NCBI GenBank assembly: GCA_028023455.1
Contig: JAQFVV010000008.1
Coordinates: 1 to 64,000 of the forward strand
Source: Epiperipatus broadwayi
Lineage: Eukaryota > Animalia > Onychophora
Length of the DNA: 64,000 nt
Reading direction: 5' to 3'
Shown piece after piece: positions 24,506 through 37,200 of the stretch (its first letter is position 1; each line of letters opens with the position of its first letter). Below the pieces are notes generated by a model, which saw only the letters and a program-made list of their open reading frames with translations, had not been told where the DNA came from and made no database searches. A program made the position numbers and the translations under genes.

Positions 24506-27479
24506 CTAAAGCCATTCCAATTTCTAAGCTTAGACAAGGCCTCCTTGACGGCCACCATTGAACGTTCTCCATGTGAGCTAATTAATCAATTTTCTCAATA
24601 ATAGACTCAGACGTATTGTTAATTATATTATTAAAACAAAAGACAAAATACTAGCAAATGTTTCAATCAAATTTTTTTCTCAAATAACAAGCCTTAACAT
24701 GTGAATAGTTCACCTTTAGCAGGGGAAGAGAATAGTCAACCTACCTCGATGGCTACCGGAAACTAAAATACATACTTATTTGATTTAATATTATTGTTTT
24801 AAAAGAGCCATTGAATGTATATTTTATGAGTGAATATTTAAATGAGTAATTAACCAAAGGAAAATCATAATAGTTTTAAATTCTATAATTAGTAATTGAA
24901 ATAGATTAGTGTGCAAACTTTAATAAGTTACTATTTTATCATATAATTTATGTTGTTTATTTGAGTTTAATATATAAATGGTATTTTTTTCTGGTTTTGG
25001 AAAGAGTATTTTTATTGTCTAGCATCACTTGATAGTTCAAACAAATGCAATCTTATATAATATCTTAATCTAAATTCTTATATTCTTTAATTTTTTTATT
25101 GTCTATTTGTAAATAAATTATTATAATTTTTCATTAAATTTGAATTCCAAGTCTTACTTAAATTAATAAATATAAGGTATAGCAATCATAATTTATATTT
25201 TATTATAAACATGGATGCACAAGATCTAATTAATAAGTAACATAAACTTTATCATTATACTAGTGTTCAATAACTATTAAAAATTAATCTAATATTTTTA
25301 TAAACACTCATTGGTATCAAAGCTATTAATAAATTCTTGTAATAAAATTCTATATAGTCATTGAGTCTAATATCTTTATTCATTTTGAATATAAGATAAA
25401 TTTACCACACATTCACAGAAGGGTTATTTATAAATGAACACCAATGTAAATTTATTAGTAAATTTTAAAATACTACTCTACGTAGATTTTAGTTATTTTA
25501 TTAATAAAAGCCTACTTAATCCTTGCTCATATTATTCTATTAGATTTGATTTATACAGCTAATGTAGCATTAATCATTTTAGCTTGCATATTTATTTCAC
25601 TATATATTTATATTAAATAATTAGTATCAACTTTACAACTTACAGGATATTAATAAGGGCTAGCATTTTTCTATTCTTGATTATATCCGTATAAATTTGA
25701 TGTTTGAAGATAGGGCATATGAATAGAGTTTTTTTTTATTTTCCTTGTCTCATTTTTTTTTATCATTACAAATTTTAGAACCCTCAATTTGGTTCTTTAA
25801 AGAGTCTCTCTCTGGTTCATTTTAAACCATTACAGTTTTTGTGCTTCAATTCATGTGACATAACGAAGAGTCTCATATTTTATTTATTTCTATTTCGTCA
25901 TAGAGTTGGTACCTCAACTAGGATACATACGGAGTCTTTCTCATTGTTTCCATTTTATACCATTACAATATATAATGATAGGCTTATTACTTCTTGCTAT
26001 TTCAATTATGAAATTATCTGTTTAATTTATTTAAGATTCGTGTCAGTAAATAGGTTTCATTTTCTATATACTGTATTTGAAACATATATTCTTTAAATAA
26101 CACATTCACTATATTTTGTGAATGACTTCTAATTAACTTTGTAAATTACTAATCAAAATGGGTTTTATCTAAAAAATTTGCTAATAGTATTAAAGTATTT
26201 ATGTTTCATGAAATGGTGTGTGTAATCATCATAAAACTCACTTTTAACTTTTTTTTATTTATTTTTTGGCCTTATCTTCTTTTTTAAAAATATTTTTGTA
26301 AAATTAGAATGATTACTTATTTAATAAGAGTGGCTTCCTAAAACGTAATAACAATATAAATTATTCGAGAATTAAAAATCTACAATTATATACATTAATG
26401 TGTGCTTGCAAAATATATATGAAGATAAGTCATCTTTTAACATAAAATAAATTTATTAAGAATTTGGTATTGATAATTTTTTTTATTTTTCTGTTTTCAA
26501 TTTTTTTAGTTTCTGTTTTTCGTATATGTATTTTTTTATCTTAAAGATAAAATTGGCAAATTTACGTGGGTGTAGGTACAAAATAAAGAAATAAAGTAAT
26601 TAATTCAACTACATTAGTAGTTCTAAAAATAACCGGTGAATCAATAATTGATTGGTCGTTATAAAGCTTTTATTATTACTTTACATTTCTTAATTAAAAA
26701 TAGTGAAATTAAGAAAATATTTATATTCCATGTTTTTCATTATGATATTTAAAAATGTATTATTTTCAGTCGTTATTTTTCTATTTTATTGAATCATTTC
26801 GGATCGTAAATATTAATACGTTTGAATGTTTTCTGTAACAATTTTCAAAAAAAAAAAAAAATCATTGATAAATGTAAATGTTTTTGACATTAAATGTTCA
26901 TTAATAATAATTCTCTATTAGTCTTTAGTTTTGCTTTTATTATAAAATCCCTTTAACTAAACGTCATTTATTAATTATAAATAAAATGAAAATATAATAA
27001 TGGGAATATTTGACTTGTTTTTTATTCACAAGAAATTAATTAAAAAAATAAATTTCTTGGCAACATATTTATACCAAATTGAATAAAAAATATTGTAAAA
27101 CTTAATGTGAAATTTGTATTTTATAACAACTACTAACTACTGTATTTAAAAAGAATTTTACAGTAGTTTGTTTACAATTTTAAATATGTAATCAGCATGG
27201 TATTCAAAATGATTGTTATATTACACGCTAATTTAAATCCATGTTTAGTGAAAAAAGTCTTTATGTTTATTTGTTTATGATTTGTCTTTCAATACCATTA
27301 ATAATATTCATCTTAGATTTTTTTATTTTTTTAATAATCTTATTGATTTTCATTTCTAAAATCTTATTTATTTTCTTTGGTATTTATAATTTTCAATAGG
27401 ATTAAAGATATTCAAACTATTTTGGTTATTGTTGTCAGTGTTTTGACTCCCTGCACCATTAATTAGGAATATTTATTTC

Positions 27480-28899
27480 TTCTGCATTTTTTAAGAAGCT
27501 GAAGAAGAATAAAAAATAAAAAAATTGGCAAAGTTATATACCAAATGTCTAATATTAATAATATTAATAATTAAAAAAAGTGATAAAGAATATATTAGAA
27601 ATTACAGACCTATCAGTCTTTTATTAATTTTATACAAAATTTTTACTAAAATAATTACAATTCATCTACAGTGAACTTTGGATTTCAACCAACCAAAAGA
27701 ACAAGATTGATTTAAAAGTGGTTTTAGTACAGCACATCATATTCAAGTATTGAGAGAAATTATAAAAGGACTAATGAATCTGAATTGCCATTATGCTTTG
27801 GATTTGTAGATTATGAAAAGGTGTTTGATTCTATAAGCATTTCTTCATTGATTAAAGCATTGAATTATCAAGGTATAGACCCAGGATAATGTCATATTCT
27901 GAAGTATAATTATAAAAATGCAACAGCAACAACTAGATTACATAATTATACTAAAAAGATTAACATTGAGAAAGGTGTACAACAGGGTGACTCCATTTCT
28001 CCAAAACTTTTTACAGCAGTTTTGCAAGAAGTATTTTATGGATTAAAATGGGAATCTAAGGGAATAAAAATAGAGATTATTTAAACCATCTAGATTTTGC
28101 AGATGATGTAGTTGTTGTTTTGTTTTGTTTTGTTTTGTTTTTTTTTCAAATAATGCTTGAGATCTTCAGAAAATGTTGCAATAGTTATCAGATGAATGTA
28201 AGAAAATAGGATTAAAGGTAAATGCTAAAATGACTAAAGTAATATTCAATGGATTTTCTCAAAAGAAGAAAATAAAGATTGGTAATGATGAGTTAGAAGA
28301 AGTTAACAACTACAAATAGCTTGGTCAGATTCTGTACTACAGATAGAAACATAAAGGATGAAATTAATCATAGAATTAAACTTGGTTGGAGTGATTTTGG
28401 TAGAAATAACTTAATATTAAAAGGAAATATGCCTATGTGTTTGAAAAGGAAGGTTTTTAATAAATATGTTTTACCAGTTTTTATTTATGAATCTGAGACT
28501 TGGACACTTAATAGAAGAGCAATACAGAGAGTTAAAATTACTTAATAAAATATGGAGAAATGTATGTTAGCTTAGGAGTAACAAGAAGACATTGAAAATG
28601 AAATATATGGATGAGGATAAACAGGTGTTAATGACATCATTGAAAGAATTAAGAGACTAAAATAGAGTTGGGCTGGATATATTATTAGAAGAGATAATGA
28701 TAGATGGACAATTTAAATCTTAAACTTGATTCCAAGATATTGTAAAAGACCTAGAAAGAGACCATGTGTGAGATATATGGATGAAATAAGCAAGTGTGCT
28801 GAGGTGATGTGGAGAAGTGCTAGAGATCAGAAAAGATGGATTGAATTTGGAAAGAGCTTCATCCTGCAGTGGATTGATAATGGTCAAAGTGATGATGAT
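27480..28899 (+). mobile_element. 5'-truncated RTE-clade LINE (RT domain and 3' end)
   Basis: NYRPISLL, FVDYEKVFDS, KGVQQGDSISPKLF, HLDFADDVV, RPRKRP..RYMDEI; ends cagtggattgataatgg...gatgatgat. Several stops. Confidence 0.9.
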
Positions 28900-31802
28900 A
28901 TTTATGGAAAGGGTAATCCATTTAGTAGGTGCTAACGTGCATTTATTGACACTTGGGGAGTCATGGAATCATTACTGAAAATACTAATGAATAAAAAAAT
29001 GAATCAATAGTACAAATATGAATTTACTTATATAAAGTACTGTTAATATAAAATGTACGTAGTTTTAATGAATGAATTGTAGATATTAATATAAAATTTA
29101 CATAATTTACAAATTAATTTTTAAAAAAAATAAAGATGTTTAATAAACAAGAAGAAAAAATATGTAAATTTAATTGTACAATGTAATTTTTAAAAATAAA
29201 TAAATAAAAGGTTACAGTGAAATTTATCAGTGCTATTGATTTTGTTATTTTGTATAAGTTTTTGAGGGTTTATCATTTTCAGATCAAACATCCATTAGAT
29301 TTTTTGTACACTTATTACAAATGACAAGTATTGAAAATTGAATACATAAAGATTTTCTGTGAGATTACAATGGAAAGACAAAATAAAAATCAAAGGAAAT
29401 TTGATCAATTTCTCCCTTGATCAAAATAAAGTGAAAATAATAATTTTCTATGTATGTTTCAAACAGAATAATAAGCAAAAAATATGTTTTTCTTGTCAAT
29501 AAAGGAATTGAAAGGGAAATAGGTAATGGGGATTAAGTGTAGTTTTTTTTTTTTTTTTTTTTGCGAACAAATGAAGTTTAATAAATAATATAGATAGTTT
29601 TAAAAAACTTGACAATTTTAATGGGCAAATAATAATGACTATTTTTTAAAATGTTAACTTGGTGGATGAACGGAAAGACCACTGAAATCTGCAAACAATA
29701 CATTAATTCACAATTATGTATCAAATTTAGTGAAAAGAAGCAAGTAATTTTTGTTGCTTTTGTTTATCTAAAATCTGCAAAACAATGTCTTTTTTTTGTC
29801 AAAAATGACCATCAAATTTATTGATTAATATTTTTCAGTATCTCCAAATGTCAACAAAAATCCCTGAATGCCTATTAAATAATTACCAGAAAGAGCTTTA
29901 TTGTATTTCCACTTTTATATATTTAAAATACTTGAATATAGAACAATACATTTTACTGTTTTTCAAAGTTAGTAGATACTGCTATAACTTTAACATTTTA
30001 ATTACCAGTACGACTGTTTTATTAGTTATTTGTTGAACATTACTTTAATGTTTAAAAATATTTTGATATTGACTGTATTCAAAGCTATGTAATGTTTTAC
30101 AATAAATGCTATAGTAAAAGCAAATTTAAAATGCAACATGTAGGTATATGGAAGAGTAGATGGATAGGCATAATAAAAAAAAAATAATAAATTAATATTT
30201 TATTATTATGTCCTTCATGATTGAAGTCAATTTTAGTAATCATATAAATGTCCTTCTATCTATTAATACTTTTAAGAATAGTTTACTATTACTTTCCTCC
30301 TCACAATTTGATTGACATTGCAACACTGTCGTCAATTATTTTTATGATATATAATTGCTGTTCAAGGTAGGTACTACTAATAAGATAATAATAAAAAATA
30401 GAATAAAATAATGTTTAAAAAAAATACAAACCTTTCTGGAGGAATCAGTAGAGATTTCAATGTAAAGTGAAATGTGTAATACATCAATTATGGCATCTCA
30501 AGTTTGTTAGACTGAGCCTCATTCTTTAACACTATTCTTAAGTTAATATAGGTATTCTAACTCCTGAAAAAATAATAATCATAGAAAGATAGACAATAAA
30601 AAGCTATGAATAAATTTTACAATGATTTTACAAACCAATACTTGAAATGCAAATATTTTGAACAATATCAAAAGTTGGTCCTTTATTTGACTTCTTCTAA
30701 TGCTGTCTTTTTTTTTTTTTTTGTAGCAAACATTTTTGACATTTTCAATATCTTACTTAATTAGCACTTTCCATCCTTATCCTTCCTATGAAAGCAATTA
30801 ATATTGCACTTTTTAAATCTCTTTGGAATAATTTTTATAATGTAAAAGGAATTCATAAGATATAAAATAAATATTTTATGAAACAAATATTTTGCCATTA
30901 AAATAGTAATAATAATAAAAAAGAAATTATGTTCAGTATTCACTGAGTATTTTCTTAAAATAAATTATAAGAATATAACCACTTGTTGTTTTTTTTTTTT
31001 TTTTGCTCTGAATTGTATATGTGTTGCTCAAGACAATAAGTAATGCAAATATTATTTAAATATGTATGCTTTATGCATATAAACAAAGGTAACTGTTTAT
31101 TTAGTATTCAAGCATTTATTTTAAAATGATTGGTGTCTCTTATTATTATAATGACAATGATGCCATGTATTTAAATATAAATGTAACTAAGCTTATTATT
31201 ATGAGCTTAGGGTAATAATACGAAATTGAAATAAATTTAGAATATCACTTGTCCACGTTTGTATGAATATATGAACACACACACGCAGTCTGATGGAAGA
31301 TGAACATACTGGCTAAGCATCAGTAAATACTGAGAGCAAATAGTAATCTTTATTTAATTATTGTTTATAAAATAAATACCATTTCAATATATATAAACAG
31401 GAACTATAAAATTAATATGCAATTTTTACCAGTATCAAGCAGGATATCATAATTATTACCTGAAATTAAGTATTTTTTATGTTAAGGAATTTTTTTTTTT
31501 TTTTGTGGAAAAATGCCAACAAATTACACGTATTGAAATATAAATACTTTTAAATGTCCATTTAAAATTTAAATAATAAAATGGCATTTCCACAACTATA
31601 TTTTAATTAAATTATAGTTTTAATGTACAGTTTTATTATAAATACCTTTCACATATAAGATTACGAAGTTAAAGAACTCTTCTTTCTAAGCTAACAACAT
31701 TACAAGATATAATGCGTTTAGTATGGTGCTTAGTTTTGTTTTCGTTATTATTGTAAATCAAAAGTCATTTGATGGTACTTAGTTTTTCTTTTCATGTGTC
31801 AT

Positions 31803-31882
31803 AGCATCGGCCGGGAAGCGAACCCGCTAACCCGGGACAATTGCTTGTAAGGCAGCTGTGCTGACCTATCGACCACCAACGC
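31803..31882 (-). pseudogene. tRNA-Gly(TCC)-derived pseudogene or SINE head; anticodon now TAC
   Basis: GCGTTGGTGGTCGATAGGTCAGCACAGCTGCCTTACAAGCAATTGTCCCGGG[TTAGCGGG]TTCGCTTCCCGGCCGATGCT aligns at about 59/72 positions to the eukaryotic tRNA-Gly(TCC) sequence as I recall it. It has an 8 nt insert in the T arm and an altered B-box. Confidence 0.85.
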
Positions 31883-33819
31883 TTGACTGGCACTCATTTT
31901 TTGATATGTTTAAATAATTACATCAGATTAATATTTAATTATTTTATTTTGTTTCTTTTATTTAATTGTTAGTAATGCTTTGTGCGTTTTAGTACAATAA
32001 TGGATCTGCAAATTAAAAAATAAATGTTCCTAAATGAATTAGCTGCTAAAAGTCCTATTTATTTAAACAAAAAAATTTGGTAACTGAATGGAAAGTTGTG
32101 TACTCTGCTTACCACATGAGTGCTCAAATGTCACATCGTCTCTAAACAAATAACCACGTGTTAATATATTTATAATAATAATAATAATAGATAAGAAAGA
32201 ACCTTTTTTTTTTTTTCTAGCAAAGACATCATAAAATAATTTCATACAAAAAAAAGCTGTGAAGTTATTTGTAAAATAGCTACAAAGAGTTTAAATCAAA
32301 TATTATGGATGATAACAATTAAGCATGAATAGAGAAAAAGTGCAGAAGGAAGTGAAAATAATCAAAAATTGGAAAAAATGATAGTAGTAATAATACTAAT
32401 AGTAATATGTGTATGAAGCAAAAATAAATAAATAAATAAATTTATAATATAAAGAAAGTAGTATGGCAAAAAATAAGATAATGAAGATTTGCATACCTCT
32501 GAATATGAAAAGTATGTGGAAGGATAGCGGAAACCTTATATGGGCAGGTCATAAAGTAGAGTCAGTAAATAAAAATAATTGTTTAATGACAAGAATAGTC
32601 AAGTAGAAATCTTCACATGGTAAAATAATTTTCGGCATGCTGCTTTTAAAACATTTAGTGACCAAAAACCTTTTATCCAGATCTATACAATAGAATATTG
32701 TATATTATTTTTGTCAATAGCTTTCTTGGAATTGTGTGCATTGTCATTAAAGCAAAATATGCCATTGAAATACTTAACAATAAACATTGTTTTGTTTGTT
32801 TGTTTCAAATGTATTGCGATCAGACTTTCCTCAAAAAATTAATTTTAAAATTAGTATAATTCAAGAGAAAATTGTGAGTGATATTCCACACTTTAATAAA
32901 TGTGGCATTTCTTTGCTGTTTTTTTAGTGAAGTAATGTTCTTCTGTTAAGTACACACAAAGATCAGTCAAGCACTGAAAGTGGGAATGAAAAAAGTAAAT
33001 CATAAACAACTTTAATGTGTAACAAAGGAGAAAAAGTGAATTGATTAAAACATGATATCACAATATGTAAGGTTTGCCAGTCAGGTGTACAAAGAATTCG
33101 TCTTTTGGATTTATAGCAACATGTATCAGAGTCAATATAGATTTTAAGCATACACTAAATGTAAAGATATAGAAAACTATGATAACAATCAGAATGCTGT
33201 TAAAAACCCAACTACATTATCTAAAATAATCAGAAGTAATTATCCTAGTGGTGTAAATAGATAATGTTGATATGCAAAGTTCACAGACAAGGGATGAATG
33301 CATGTGTTACAATCTACTATTTACAAGAATCATGGAGGTATTAAGAATGAGCATGGCAAATCAATAGAATTTGTTTGTATTTAATAACATCATTACATGG
33401 AGCAGATAGTTACTTTATTGAAACCAAATATACCCCAAGTTTTTCTTTTTATATTTTATTTGCAGAAACCAATTTATGTATTTATAGTTTTATTTCCATT
33501 CTCATAGCAATGTAAATTTGTTACATATATATATATGTTTGTAAATTAAATGAAATTTTTTATCAAAAAAAAAAAAATTGAATAGTCTGTTACATTTTTA
33601 AGATACCATAAATTTCAAGCAGCAAAAGTGATCAAATTGAAGCGCTATCTATAGACCTTGAGTCTAAAAATCTGCCACTTTACTATTGCATTAAACTACA
33701 CAGTGCACTAAATGAATTGATTTAGTATATGCAAATCTTTGTCATCTGATTTTTTTTCTCATTGCTACAGAAAATTCACTGAAAAACACAAAAATATTTA
33801 AGTGTTTTGTTTTTACAGA

Positions 33820-33987
33820 TTCATTTCATTATCATCCTCATTCTCAATATTATCGATCCACTGCAAGATGAAGGTCTCTCCAAGTTCAATCCATCTCCAA
33901 TATGTAACCTCTCTTCTCCACATCACCCCAGCACACTTCCTTATTTCGTCCATTCATCTCACATATGGTCTCTCTCTAGGTCTTTTA
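33820..33987 (-). mobile_element. RTE LINE 3'-end fragment (~170 bp)
   Basis: Reverse complement matches 28740-28899 and 49450-49606, including the cagtggat.gataat terminus and GAT-like tail. Confidence 0.85.
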
Positions 33988-34269
33988 AGCATATAAATAT
34001 ATAAACACATTTATTTAAACATATGTAAATAGAATAAGTTTTAAAAACAGACATATGCTGGAATATGTTTAGAGAAAATTTTTATATTGATTAAAATATT
34101 ATTTGTTTGTATTTAATAATATGTATATATGATTGATAACATATATATGGCTAGATTGGTTTTTTGTTTTGTTTTTTTGTAAATGTTAAAATGTAATATT
34201 TAAACAGATATTTATTTTAAGAAGTATTCAACTCAATAAATAATAATAAATATTTAGGAAACAAAAATG

Positions 34270-37200
34270 AAAGTGATAAAAAGAATTTTGCAAAAGCATT
34301 ACAAAGTAGCAATTTGAGGGCTCAAGTAAACATAGAGGACTTGCAAGTTTGCGAAAATGATGTTTTCAGCTTGTTGAGTGATGATATCAATGATATATTA
34401 CCTAATACTGGATTTACCTTAGATTATACATTAATTGAACCACAGTTGTATCAAGAATATTCAAACGACTTTAATTTAATGATTCCCTCCTGTTTTTCTA
34501 AAGTCTTTAAAAAAATTCTACAATTTGAAAACGCTAATAATGACTGTAACAAATGCTATATGTAACCTTTTAAAATTCCCTTTAGAAGAATTTTATGCTG
34601 TGTTAATAGAAGAAAATTTATGGAGCGTGTTTTAAAAAGTATTGCTGCACTCTAAATATGTGTGGAATTTCATAATTGTAGCCAAAAAGATTTAAAAAAA
34701 ATTGTGCTTAAACAATAAAATGCTGTTTCACTAATATGGATAGACCTATGATGCTTATTGGGCAAGTTAAAAACTGCTACATTGAGTTTAATGATAAAGA
34801 ACTCCAGATTCTGCTTAACAGACTTGGAACAGTCTCGAAATTCATATATTTGTTGGAGAAAAAAGCTTGTGTACCAATCAGTTCTAACAAATGTGGCTAC
34901 TTTCAACATTATTTTAAAGCAAGGAATTCTACCCAGTGATATTCCAACACTTCATGTGACATTTCTTTTCATTGATCATAATCTTCAGAGGGATGGCACC
35001 TCAATGTTTCTTCTGTGAAGCCAGAACTCATATAGATAAAGATTATTCTTCTAGATTATATCATCACTATATGATGAAAATGTCCAAAAACCATAAGTGC
35101 CTCAAAGTATTGTCTCACTCTAACATTAAACAAATTCTGATCCCTGTTAAGAAAATTTTGCATTCTTCTATTGCATCAGATCTTAATTAAAATTGATACT
35201 GAGTTCATCAATCAGGAATCTATGTCCACTAATGATAACACAGTGTTTGAAATGATGCAAGCTTCTATTCTGCAGAATGAAGCCTCAGTCTCTGATGAGT
35301 ATTTACTCAAGTTCAATCAACTAAGAGAAGAAACTCCAAGAAAAAGTTATTGAAAGATGAATCAACTCTTGATGTTAAAACCACCCCTGTAGTTAAGTCT
35401 GGAAAACCAAAGTTTATACACCATCTGCTTCCACTGGTCTAAAAAAATGGAAGACATTGCCTGTAAGAGAACCTCCACTAAAGCCAAATTCATCTTTGGA
35501 ACAGCATTGGCTTAGGCAAGCACCAGCCACAAGTGGCATCTTTATTCCCACAACAAAAAATAGGTTTTGTTGGAGTGGACACTAGGAAACATGCAACCAG
35601 GTTAAGAAATATTATAAGTAATCCTGAACTAGTTGCAGGAGTGCAAGAAAATTTAAATATGGACTGTGACTCACCTCAAGATCCCAATGTAATCCACTGA
35701 TGTACACTGATAAAATGTTGCTCATAGTCTTTACTGTATAGAAAATTTGTACTAATTTTTTGTATTCAAATTTTTATGTTTGGTTTTGTATTTTCTTTTA
35801 ATATTATTTTGTACCTACATACTCCCTCCCAGGCATTATCTAAGTTTCAAATTCAATTTCCAGTTTAAAAGCCTAAAACATTTCTATTACTTTATCTCCA
35901 TATGGCTTTGTTTCTATTATTTATGGTAATGATCATACCACTAAAATTTTAGGTTGTCTTGTGAGATTCTTGTTATTTTGCTGCTTAAGTTATGTAATTA
36001 TGTTTCTCAGTATCATTTGTGTTAGTGTAGGGGTTTGAATTCATCCCAATGGATAATTGGAATCAGTAATTGGGTTTCTTAACTTACTCCCCATACTATC
36101 TTTTTCTCTGAAACCAAATTTTCTGCATATTCTAACATTAATTTTGTTAGATGATTTGGAAAATATGGCTATTCTCAATTCTCCACCTCTAATACTTCAG
36201 TTGCTGGAGTAATTATGTTGATATATCATAGGGCACCTTTTAAGTCTTTTAAAATCTGTTACCTTAATCAAACATGATTTTCATTACCTTTTATCATAAT
36301 GCCGTTATAGTTAACTTGGTTTATTTATATCTATATAATAAACCTATTCTGATTAATCAACTTATCTGTTATATTAATCTTATTCTTTCATCAAGCCCTT
36401 TTCTGCCCTCTTTTTGGGGACTTTAATATGCCCTATATTGACTTTGTTCAGAAGTATATTCACCATATAAATTGTAAACTGATGAGGATTGATGGATTTT
36501 TTCCCATTAATGCTTCCCTCCTTCTATACTTTAAAACATTCATCTCTGAAAGATTTCTTACTCTATTGCCCAGATCTTCACTTTAGAGTTAACTCTTCTT
36601 TGCAACCAGCTTGTTTCTCGAATCACCACATTCAGATTGATATTAATATTCACATGAACCCACTCTCCATTATAATGATATATTAAGAGTCTTGTTCAAG
36701 GCTTCATCATCAGAGGCAGTAATTTTGGAGATTTACATTTATTTTAGGAAGACTGACCTTCTTTTCTTTCAACCTCTTGAAGCTTGGTTTTCGTAATTTC
36801 ATCATCCAATTAACCATTAATCAACTGCAACCTTAATGAAACAAGTTGACCCCATTAACTTGGAAATTATACCATCTATTATGGGGCCCTTAAGAAGCAA
36901 TAAAAGTATACTCAATCTGTTTTAACTGAATACCTATCTACCAAAAATCTTTCTGGCTCAATCCCATAATTGGTCGAAAGGGTACATTCACTGAGCTCTT
37001 TCCTATAAAAATGAAAAATCTTTTTCCCTCATCAATTATTATTAATGACAATTTTTGCACAGGGTGCAATATGATGCCTCCCCCTCTTTTATCATTTTTA
37101 AATCGAAATTGCAAACTCTCAGGTATTCTGTACTGTCAACATATATATTTGTTATAATGGTGCTCATGGCATAACAAAGTCTAACATGATGAAGCTAAAA

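Larger units (their letters stand above)
17559..24750 (-). mobile_element. Near full-length L1/Tx1-clade LINE, inactive, interrupted by a MITE
   Basis: 19 T at 17559-17577 form the poly(A) tail on minus. ORF2 relics run EN to RT to CPLC zinc finger, with an ORF1 relic with zinc knuckles upstream. The 5' limit is approximate. Confidence 0.85.
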
